IMG/VR virus record: IMGVR_UViG_3300020810_001156
Coordinates: 124,001 to 188,000 of that record
DNA length: 64,000 nucleotides
Reading direction: 5' to 3' (one strand)
The notes beneath the pieces were generated by a model, which was not told the DNA's origin, searched no databases, and was given only the letters and a program-made list of their open reading frames with translations. The position numbers and the translations under genes were made by a program. Positions 1-11,200 of the stretch are shown here, piece by piece. Within the stretch, counting starts at the first letter, position 1. Each line of letters starts with the position of its first letter.

Positions 1-1
1 A

Positions 2-1297
2 GCATCTACCGAAGTATCCGCATCGTTTGACTTGTTGAGAAAGAACAAACCATTTATCGCTGAAGAAACAATTCAGTATGTATCTTCTTCTTGGAGTGGT
101 GTTTACTATGATGAAGCTAAATGTAGAAGAGATACTGGATTCATAGTAGATGCAGCAGCAACCGATTTATTGTATGGTGGTAACGAAAGAAGTGTTATCG
201 CTGGTAATTACTACTTCAAATACCCATCATCGGCAACTGAAAGAGGTGTACCTTCGGTGGTATCTCAATTAGACCCAACAACTACTGGTATCAAATATGC
301 TAGTGGATTGGCTCAAAATGTGATTCAAAATATTGAATGGAACGAACCATCAGCATCGGTATTAGTTGCGGCTGATTTATTGGTGAATAACAAAACATTT
401 ATTCAAAAAGAAACTATCGCATTTTTATCTTCATCTTGGAGTGAGTTCGCTTACAATGATGTAAGTTGTAGTAGAGATTTGGGTTACATCATAGATGCGG
501 TTAGAACTGATTTGGTATATGGTGGTAACGAAAGAAGTATCCAAGCGGCTACATTCTATTACTATATTCCTTCAGTAGCAATTACTGAACAAAAACCCCA
601 AACAATCGATGGTATTGATTTCGCAAAAGGAATGGCTGAAAAAGTTATTAAGCAAGACCAATTAACATTCGCTAGTTTGAATAGAAGAAATGGTTACAAT
701 GAATTAAGAGCAGCGAAGAAATATTTACAATCATCGGCAATTTCATATACTGAAGCAGCATTCCCAGGTTTTGAATATAACGAAGAAAAATGTTATAGAG
801 ATACTGGATTTATTTTAGATGCTATTTCAACTGATTTACTATATGGTGGTAATGAGAGAAGTATTGAAGCTGCAAAATCTTACTACAATGGTGTTTATGG
901 TGATGCTAGTGTAGTGATAAACGAACAAAAGAAAGAAACGGCAGAAACAAATAGATATTTAAGAACTTTATTCCAAAAAGTTGCTAGAAATGCACCATTG
1001 GAATTATTTGGTTCACTAATTATTACTACTGGACATGATTTCTCATATGCTGGTTCTGGTGTAACTTATAAAGCATTACCTCCTAACCAAGGTGGTAATG
1101 GAGTTCCAGACCCAGATAAAGAAATTGTTGAATTGGGTGGAGGTAGAGTATTCTTCACTGCGGGTAACGAACTTGGTGACTTTAAGATTGGTACGGGACT
1201 TGTAATTAATCAGGCAACTGGTACATTACAGGGTAGAACATTCTCTCGTTCATTATTCTCATTAGTTACACCATTCTCTCTCGCTCTGGAAGGGTAA
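2..1297 (+). CDS. 5'-truncated virion structural protein with ~110-aa helical repeats (CxRDxG...D..YGGNERS)
   Basis: Frame is open from position 2, upstream of the called TTG at 32. Three copies of K/SCxRD(T/L)G(F/Y)I.DA..TDL.YGGNERS. C-terminus GHDFSY.GSG...GDFKIG resembles large T4-like virion proteins. Confidence 0.7.
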   Translation, partial: ASTEVSASFDLLRKNKPFIAEETIQYVSSSWSGVYYDEAKCRRDTGFIVDAAATDLLYGGNERSVIAGNYYFKYPSSATERGVPSVVSQLDPTTTGIKYASGLAQNVIQNIEWNEPSASVLVAADLLVNNKTFIQKETIAFLSSSWSEFAYNDVSCSRDLGYIIDAVRTDLVYGGNERSIQAATFYYYIPSVAITEQKPQTIDGIDFAKGMAEKVIKQDQLTFASLNRRNGYNELRAAKKYLQSSAISYTEAAFPGFEYNEEKCYRDTGFILDAISTDLLYGGNERSIEAAKSYYNGVYGDASVVINEQKKETAETNRYLRTLFQKVARNAPLELFGSLIITTGHDFSYAGSGVTYKALPPNQGGNGVPDPDKEIVELGGGRVFFTAGNELGDFKIGTGLVINQATGTLQGRTFSRSLFSLVTPFSLALEG

Positions 1298-1311
1298 TAA
1301 ATTAAAGTTGA

Positions 1312-1320
1312 ATATTTATA
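1312..1320 (+). promoter_or_regulatory. putative late promoter ATATTTATA (representative copy)
   Basis: Same or one-off motif at 17377, 29702, 30348, 32736, 33339, 34360, 43160, 45311, 47076 and 51910, each intergenic and upstream of a gene. Confidence 0.6.
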
Positions 1321-1339
1321 TAAGATAAAGTGAAAAAAC

Positions 1340-2203
1340 ATGGCAGATGAATTAATTCCATTAAACGCATTTAAATCAGTAGTTGCAACTTTGACTGGTG
1401 AGGAAGACCAGGTGTATAAAGCACCTACTGGTGTTTCTACTATTATATTATCGGCTCAAATTACAAACAATGGTACACAAACCCAAGAAGTTGTAATTAA
1501 GTTAGCACCAAACAGAATTTTACCAGTTCCACAAGTTGCTGGAATTGCAAATTCAGGAAGTTTCTTCTCATCATCAGCATTAATAGTTGAAAATAAAAAT
1601 TTCCTTAAAAAAGAAGTAGCTGCTTACACTAGATTCAATAATAATCTTCAAGAAATTCCATTTGGATTTTCATCATCAAGATATGAAGAATATGTTGAAA
1701 CCGCTGTAAACGCTGTAACATTTGATATAATTAATAGTGGTAGTACAATTAGAACCAATAAAGCGGCACTATCTTTTTATGATAAAGATGGTGTATTATT
1801 GATTCCATCAAATCAAATTACAGCATCAATAAATGCAATATCGTACACAAATACACTTGCTCAGAAAATTATTCTAAATGAATCAGTAACGGGTTCTGAT
1901 GATGTAGATAGATTATATCAATCAAGCGTAACACAATCAATTAATACTAATTTAATAGCTGAAAGTGGTTCATCAAATATTATAAGAGAACTATTTACTG
2001 TAATATCTGGAGCAATTCAAGACCCAGTAACGGAAACACAAACTCCAGTAGAGTTTGTAACTAATTTTCCGATACCAACAGGTGATTCATTTTCCCCTGT
2101 TGTGGCTGGTAAATTAGTATTGGAGGAAGATTATGGACTGGTTTTTTCTGGTTCTACTGATTTAAGTGTGGTTCTATCTATATTAGAAACCGCTAATGAA
2201 TAA
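1340..2203 (+). CDS. virion adaptor protein: beta-sandwich split by a degenerate helical repeat
   Basis: N- and C-termini resemble ORF 17738..18070. The middle (LIVENKNFLKKEVAAY...NAVTFDI) is a degenerate copy of the upstream repeat. Confidence 0.6.
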   Translation: MADELIPLNAFKSVVATLTGEEDQVYKAPTGVSTIILSAQITNNGTQTQEVVIKLAPNRILPVPQVAGIANSGSFFSSSALIVENKNFLKKEVAAYTRFNNNLQEIPFGFSSSRYEEYVETAVNAVTFDIINSGSTIRTNKAALSFYDKDGVLLIPSNQITASINAISYTNTLAQKIILNESVTGSDDVDRLYQSSVTQSINTNLIAESGSSNIIRELFTVISGAIQDPVTETQTPVEFVTNFPIPTGDSFSPVVAGKLVLEEDYGLVFSGSTDLSVVLSILETANE

Positions 2204-2218
2204 AAATAAGAGTTGTAA

Positions 2219-5200
2219 ATGGGTCAATTACTAAGTGGTAAAGTAAAAGTAACTCGTCCGCAGGACGTATCGCTGGATAGGTATCAGTATTTATCCCTTT
2301 CAGAAGCCGAGCCTAATTTGGGGGTTCCTGAAAGTGGTAGTATTAGTTCTGGTTCTTTTGCATTAGTTGCATCGGATGATGCTGGTAATAGACTATTTGT
2401 TACTAAAATTCAATTAGAAGAGTTTAGTGGTTCATTTAGTGGTTCATTTCAAGGTGATGGTTCACAATTAACAAATTTACCCTTAGTAGAAGATGCTAGT
2501 AGATTAATATCAGGTTCTGCATCGGCATCAATTTCTCCACAAACTGGATTCTTAGTTAACACATCTGGTTCATTTGATGGTGGATTGACTGTTGATGGTA
2601 ATGGTAGATTTACTGGTGATTTAGTTGTTGATAATAAAATTGTAGCAAGAGAAATTTTAGTTGAATTTATTTCTTCATCTATATTTTTCTCATCTGGTTC
2701 AAATAAATTTGGTGATGAACTAACCGATAGACAAGAATTTACAGGTTCGGTTGAAATAACTGGTTCACTAACTACCGATGGTGTTGTTGAAATACCATTT
2801 GATAGCGCGGGATTCTTTAGTGGTAGTGGTGAGGGATTAACTAACATTCCTCGTTCAGCACTTACAGAAGATGCATTAGTAACCAATAAAATTACTTCAG
2901 GTTCAGTAACCGCTTCGGTTGACCCACAAAGAGGATTTATATTAGAAGATACTGAAGGTGATGTTAAAGCAGAATTTAGTGGTTCTGTATTTGTAAGTAG
3001 TTCAGTATCTGCATCTATCTTTAGTGGTAGTGGTGCTGGATTATTTGATATACCTCGTTCTGCTCTTACTGAAGATGCATTAGTAACAAATAAAATAACA
3101 AGTGGTAGTGTAACCGCATCTGTTTCACCCGATGAAGGATTTAAAGTAGAATCATTAGAAAGTGGTTCTCAGATAACTGGTTCAATTAAAGTTAGTGGTA
3201 GTATAACCTTAGCAGATGGTGAATCTTATTCTGGTAGTGGTGCTAATTTATTCGATATTCCATTATCTGCATTATCAACAGAAACATTAATAGCAACATC
3301 TTTAGAAAGTGGTAGTGTAACCGCATCGGTTTCACCCGATGAAGGATTTAAAGTAGAATCATTAGAAAGTGGTTCTCAAATCACGGGTTCAATTAGAATT
3401 AGTGGTAGTATTACATTATCCGATGGAGAAACATATTCTGGTAGTGGTGCTGATTTATTTGATATACCTCGTTCTGCTCTTACTGAAGATGCATTAGTAA
3501 CAAATCAAATTACATCTGGTTCTGTAACCGCATCTGTTTCACCTCAAGGATTCTTTAAAGTGGAATCAACTGGTTCGGTAAAAACTGAATTAAGTGGTTC
3601 ACTTTTTGTAAGTGGTGGTATTTCTGGTTCGTTCTTTTCTGGTAGTGGTGCTGGTTTATTTGATATTCCATTATCTGCATTAGCTGAAGAGGTTGTAGCT
3701 GCAACAAAAATACAAGATGGTAATGTAACAGCCTCAGTTGATGAACAAAATGGTTTTATAGTAATATCTGAAGCAAGTGGTTCACAATTTACAGGTTCTT
3801 TATTTGTAAGTGGTGGAGTTACATTAGAAGATGGAATATACACTGGTGATGGTAGTGGATTATTTAATATTCCGATATCTAACTTAGCTGGTGATTCACC
3901 AAGAATTGCTAGTGGTTCAGCAACAGCATCAGTTGACCCAGAGGATGGTTTTAAATTCTTTGGAGCAGATAGAGCAGAATTTAGTTCTTCATTATTTGTA
4001 TCTGAATCAATTGAAGCAAAGGAAATTAGTGGTTCGTTTAGTGGTAGTGGTGCTAACTTATTCGATATTCCAGAATCAGCACTTTCTTTTGAAATAAGTA
4101 AAATTACTTCTGGTTCAGTAACCGCATCCGTTGATGCTGAAGATGGTTTTGTTGTAACTTCAATCGCTAGTGGTTCAACATTCTTTGGAGAGGTTAGAGT
4201 AGAAAGCGGTTCATCATATAGTGGTAGTGGTGCTAAACTATTTGATATTCCAGTAGCTGCTATTGTAGATTTAGATACTTCATTAATATTTAGTGGTTCA
4301 ATTACCGCATCTACAAACCCAGAAGATGGATTTGTAGTAACTTCGATAGAAAGTGGTTCAACATTCTTCGGTGATGTAAAACTATCTTCAGGTTCAGTAT
4401 TTAGTGGTAGTGGTAGGGATTTATTTGATATACCAAGAAGTGCACTAACAGAAGATGCATTACTTTCATCATTTATAGCTAGTGGTTCGGTAACGGCATC
4501 AGTATCCCCAGTATTTGGATTTAGATTAGAAGGTACTAATAGAGCAGAATTTAGTTCTTCGGTGTTTGTAGAAAGTGGAGTTTCTGCATCGGTATTTAGT
4601 GGTAGTGGTGCTGGGTTAACTGATATACCGGAATCAGCTTTAGCATTTGATATTAATAAAATTAGTAGTGGTTCTGCAACTGCATCAATTTCACCAAATG
4701 AAGGATTTGTAGTTAATACATTCTCAAAATTTGAATTCCCAGTATCAGCATCTATGTTTAGTGGTAGTGGTGCTGGATTATTTGATATTCCACAATCAGC
4801 ATTAACTGAAGAAGCATTTAGAATTGCAAGTGGTTCAGCAACTGCATCCGTTTCTCCAAACTTAGGATTTGTAGTTAATACATCTTCATTATTTGAGCAA
4901 GATGTTAGAATAGATAGTGATTTGGTTGTAACGGGTAGAATTACAACAAACGAATTATATACAAACTTTATTTCATCATCGATTGTTTATTCATCTGGTT
5001 CAAATATATTTGGTGATTCAGCTGAAGATAAACAAACATTAATTGGTGAAACTGAGATTGTTGGTAATGTAACCGCAAGTGGAATTATAAGTTCATCATT
5101 TGAAGGTGATGGTAGTAGATTATTCAATATACCATTAAACGCATTATCAGAAGAAGCATTTAGAATTGCTAGTGGTTCAGTATCGGCTTCATTATTATAC

Positions 5201-8200
5201 AAATCAGGTTCAGATGAACCAAGTCTTTTTAGAGTAGAAGATACAACTAGAAAAGAAATACGAACTGAATTAAGTGGTTCTCTTGGAGTAAGTGGTAGTT
5301 TATCCGCATCTATGTTTAGTGGTAGTGGTGAAGGTTTATTTGATATTCCTCGTTCAGCATTAGCACCAGATGCATTATTATCAAATTTAATAGCAACTGG
5401 TTCAATTACTGCTTCTCTTAATCCAAATGGTGGAATGAATGTAAATACATTCACAACAATCACTGGTGGATTATTTGTAAAAGCAGAACAAACTCCAGGT
5501 CAAGCTGAAGTATCACTTATAGAATTGGGTGATACTACTAGAATTAGTGGGTCATTATTTATTTCAGAATCAGTAACCGCATCACTATTTCAGGGTGATG
5601 GTAGTGGTTTATTTAATATTCCGGCCGCACAACTTTCTGGTGATTCACCAAGAATAGCATCTGGTTCGGCAACCGCATCGATTTCACCTAACTTAGGATT
5701 CCAAGTAAATGTACCAGCAACATTTGATAGTAGTATTTCTGCATCAACTACGATATTTGCTAAAGATGTTGAAGTTACTGATGATGTAACCGCTGATAGA
5801 TTCATTGGTAATGAAGTTAGTGGCGCATTTAGTGGTAGTGGTAGAGATTTATTTGATATTCCTCGTTCAGCATTAACTGAAGATGCATTACTTACAAATA
5901 ATATTACAAGTGGTTCTATTACTGCATCGGTGATAGTAGTACCGCCTGAATCTGGTAGTAACATATTTAGAGTAGAAGATTCTACTGGAACTACCAAATC
6001 AGAATTTAGTGGTTCTGTATTTGTTTCAGAATCAATTACTTCTAAATTTTTCATTGGTGATGGTTCTCAATTAACAAATGTACAAGCTGAAGAATCTCCT
6101 GTAATTGCTAGTGGTTCTGCTACGGCATCGGTTGAAAGTGGAGAGTTCTTTATCGTAAATGCTGGTAGTGGTTCTCAATTTACAAGTAGTATTGATATAA
6201 CTGGTTCTGTAGTAATTTCAAATGATTTAACTGCTAGTAAGATTAATGTAGATGAGTTAGATGCTACGATTATCACTTCAGAAGAATTTACTGGTTCATT
6301 TTCTGGTTCATTTGCTGGTGATGGTTCACAACTTAATAATATTCCATTTACATCTCTTAGTGGGGATGCACCTAGAATCGGTAGTGGTTCGGTAACCGCA
6401 TCAACTGACCCAGATAGAGGATTTGTTGTAGAATCTTTAGATAGTGGTTCATTATTCACTGGTTCACTTTTCGTAAGTGGAAATGTTCAAATAAACGATG
6501 GTATTTTTAAAGGTGATGGTGCTGGATTATTTAATATTCCTCAATCGGCATTAGCAGAAGATTCTCCAAGAATTGCTAGTGGTTCTGTAACTGCGTCTGT
6601 ATCACCTAATTTAGGATTTGTAGTTAATACTTCTGGTTCGATTCAAGGTGATTTAACAATTGATAATGATTTATATGTAAGTGGGGCTATAAATGCTAGA
6701 GAGTTAAATGTAACATTTATAGATTCGGTTGTAATTACATCTTCTGGTTCAAATACATTTGGAAATAGTTTAGATAATAGACAAGAATTTACAGGTTCAG
6801 TATTTGTAACTAATTCATTAGATGTAGATGGTGTTATAACTGGTGATGGTAGTGGTTTATTCAACATTCCACAATCGGCACTTACTGAAGAAGCATTTAG
6901 AATTGCTAGTGGTAGCGTTTCTGCTTCAGTAACACCTGAAAGAGGATTCTTTGTAGAATCTACTGAAAGTGGTTCTGAATTTACGGGTTCAGTTAAAATT
7001 AGTGGAAGTTTAGATGTAAATGAAGGATTTAAAGTTGGTACTGATATTACTGCAAGTGAAGGTACGGTATCGGCATCATTCTTTGTGGGTGATGGTTCTC
7101 AATTAACCAACTTACCTGCGGCTGAGTTCGCTGAGGAAGCTAAGAGAATAGCTAGTGGTTCTGCTACTGCATCCATTTCACCCAACTTAGGGTTTGTAGT
7201 CAATACAACAACTAACTTAGAGGATGATGTAAGAATAACAGGTAGTTTCATAGTATCATCATCAAACGGATTTGTTGATACTGGTTCAATAAATACAACA
7301 TTTAATGTTATCAATGAGGGTTCATCCGCATATAGATTTAGTGGTGGTGTAGTTGGTGATAACCCAACAATTACAATTGTAAGAGGATTAACTTATACAT
7401 TCAATGTAAATGCACCTTCACATCCATTCTATATAAAAACTCAAAATTCCGATGGAACTGAATTTGAATATAGTGGTAGTGTAATAACAAATAATGGTAC
7501 TGAAAATGGTACTATAACTTGGATAGTTTCTGGTTCCGCTCCAAATACACTTTATTATAATTGTGAAAATCACCTTGCAATGGCTGGTGAATTCAATATA
7601 GTTGATGAAATACCACTATACGGACAAATTGATTTAATTGGTGATACTGAGGTAGTTGGTAATCTAAATATAACAGGTAGTACATTTGTAACTGGTAATT
7701 TAGATGTATCCAACACTATAACAGCTAATGAGGTAAGTGCTAGTAAATTCTTAGGAGACTTTAGTGGTTCATTTAGTGGAAGTGGTAGAGATTTATTTAA
7801 TATTCCACTTTCAGCACTTGCTGAGGATGTACTTCCTCGTTCATTTATCGCAAGTGGTTCAGTAACCGCATCGGTTTCACCAAATAATGGATTTGAAGTA
7901 AACTCATCAGCATCAATTGAAGGTAACTTAAAAGTTATTGGTGATACTTTCGTAACTGGTGGATTGGTGATTTCATCATCAATTACTGAAGTAGAGGCTG
8001 TATCTCAATCATTCTATATAACATTTAACGCTGATAGTTCATCATACTTGGTGGATAGTGTAGAAGAACCAACTTTAACGCTGGTAAGAGGTATTGAATA
8101 CACATTCAATGTAAATACACCAAATTACAACTTCTACTTAAAAACAAACAATACAACTGGTAGTGGTGATTTATTCTCAACTGGTGTAACCAATAATGGT

Positions 8201-11200
8201 GAGGATAGTGGTTCAATCGTATTTACAGTTCCTCAATCAGCTCCTGGTACACTTTACTATATTTCTGAAGAATCTTCTTCATTAAGTGGTAGTATTAGAG
8301 TTGCTGATAATCTTAATATAAATGAAAGAATTGCATTTGAAGGTAAGACTGAAGTTAGTGGTAATTTAGATGTATCACAAACTATTATCGCAAATGATGG
8401 TTCTATAACAAACGATTTAATTGTTGGTGATACAACAACTACTGAAAAATTAGTAGCAAATCATATCACAGCATCTTCAATTACCGCATCTTATTTAGAT
8501 TTCATTAATTTTGATAATGGAATTCAGAGTGTAGCTGGTAGATTGAAGTGGAACGAAACCGATGGTACTCTTGATTTAGGAATGAAGGGCAATGAAGCTA
8601 CACTTCAATTAGGACAAGAATTATATTATCCGCCTGTTGTAAACAAAGATGGTAATAATCTAATCAATGGTACTTTAGTAATGGTTGACCCAGCTCAACC
8701 AGCACAAGGTAATAGAATTAGAGTAATAAAATCAGTAACCGATGGAACTTACGCTGAGGATTTATTAGTTGGTATTCTTACCGAACCTATCGATAATAAT
8801 CAAGAAGGATTTGTAACTTGGTTTGGATATGTAAGAGGAGTTCAGATAAACGCATTAGAATCGGGTTCTTTAAAAGATAGTGGTTCAGTTTGGGCAGAGG
8901 GTGATATTCTTTATGGAGACCCTCAAAGACCAGGTGGTTTAACAAATGTTCAACCTGAAGCTCCAAACTTAAAATCATCTATCGCTGTAGTTACTGCTAA
9001 GAATGGTAACAATGTAACATTATTGGTAAGACCTCATTTGGGAGACCACTTATATGATTTACATGATGTACAAATTACTACATCTGATGCTATATTGGTT
9101 GATAGTGGTTCAATTAAATCCGATGATGGTGATTTATTAGTTTGGAATAGTGGTTCTCAAAGATGGGAAAATACAAGAGAAAATTTAGAACTTAGTGGTT
9201 CATTCTCTGGTTCATTTGCTGGTGATGGTTCTCAATTAACCAACATTTCATTAGCAAACTTATCATTTGATGTAAATAGATTAGTAACCGGTTCAGTAAC
9301 GGCATCGGTATCTAACGATGGTAAATTTGTAGTAGAATCTACTGGTTCTGTTAGAACCGAACTTAGTGGTTCGTTATTTGTTTCTGAATCAATAGAAATT
9401 GGTGGTATCTATACTGGTGATGGTTCCGGTCTTACAAATATCTCACTTGCTAACTTAGCATTTGATGTAGCACAAATCGTAACTGGTTCGGTAACTGCAT
9501 CTACAAATGAAGATGGTAGATTCATTGTTGAGGACCCGTTTGGTGGAGTTAAATCTGAGTTTAGTGGTTCGGTTGAAATATCGCAATCCCTAAATGTAGG
9601 TGGTGTAATTAGTGGTGATGGTAGTGGTTTAACAAATATTTCAATCGCTAACTTAGCATTTGATGCTGATAGAATTGCTACGGGTTCTGTAACTGCATCT
9701 ATTGATGAAAGTGGGTTCTTTAGAGTATTCTCTACATCATCTGTAAAATCAGAATTTAGTGGTTCGGTATTTATATCAGAATCAATATCAGCATCTCTAT
9801 TTGTAGGTGATGGTGGTGGATTATTTAACATTCCAGCGGAAGCACTTCAAGACTTAGAATTGGATAGAATCAAATCTGGTTCTGGTGAAGCTGTGATTGA
9901 CCCAAATCAATTAACTGTAAATGTTCCATTATCGGCATCTCTATTCAGAGGTGATGGTGGTGGATTATTCAATATCCCAGCGGAATCGTTGACAGATTTA
10001 GAATTAGATTTAATTACTTCTGGTTCAACATTCGCACAAGTAAGTGATAACAACGGATTTGTAGTATTTGCACCTGAGAGTGGTTCACAATTAACTGGTT
10101 CATTATTCGTAAGTGGGGCAATCTCACTAATTAGTGGTTCATCATTTAGTGGTAGTGGTAGAAATCTATTTGATATTCCAGCGGATGCAATCTTTGATTT
10201 AGACCAAACTAGAATTACTTCTGGTTCGGTAACGGCATCTGTATCACCTGTTCAAGGTTTCGTAGTAAACACTTCGGCATCTATTGAGGGTGATTTGACA
10301 GTTCAAAATGATATTACAGTAAACGATATTACTGCAAACGATATTACCGCAAGTGTATTTAGAGGTGGTTTACTTTCTGGTTCATTTGAGGGAGCATATA
10401 GAGGTGAGGGTGATGCTGAAGATAGAGAAATTCTAATATTTGATGCGGCATCAAACAAATTTGTACCTGTACCTGAATCTACTCCAACTACAACCGAACC
10501 ATTCTCAAATGCTACTGAAGTAACTATTGTTCATAACTTTGATGTAGCATATCCAATAGTACAGGTTTATGAAACTGGTTCAAATGGAATGATTATTCCT
10601 TTAGCTATTGAATCTATTGATAATAATACTGTTAAAGTTAAGTTTAGTGGATTAACAAGTGGACAAATCGTTGTTGGTAGTGGTGGTTCTAAAATTAGTG
10701 GAGCAATAAGTGGTGATAATGTAATAGGAACAGTTAGTTCAGCATCATATGCTATATTCGCTGAAACTGCTGGAACTGCATCTTCGGTAGCTGGATTAGA
10801 TTCAGCATCATTAGCAGCACTACAAGATTTAGAAAACTTTGTAAGAAACGAACAAACGGCATCAATGACCGTTCTTTCTTCTTCATTCGCAATTACAGCA
10901 TCTTACGCTGAAAATGCTGAAGTTAGTGTTGATTTAAGTGAATACATACAAAATAGCCAAACCTCTTCAATGAGTGTGGCTACATCATCATATTCATTAT
11001 TTGCAGTAACCGCTTCATACGCATTAAATGCTGGTGCTGGTGGTGGTGGAACTGATTTATACATATTTGAAACTGGTTCAGTAGTAAATGGATTAGTAGG
11101 AAATATGAACTTTACTGGTTCTGGTGTTAGTGTAACACCTTCTGGTTCAGATGGAGTATTGGTAGAAGTATTAAGTAACTCTACTGGTGATGGATTCCCA

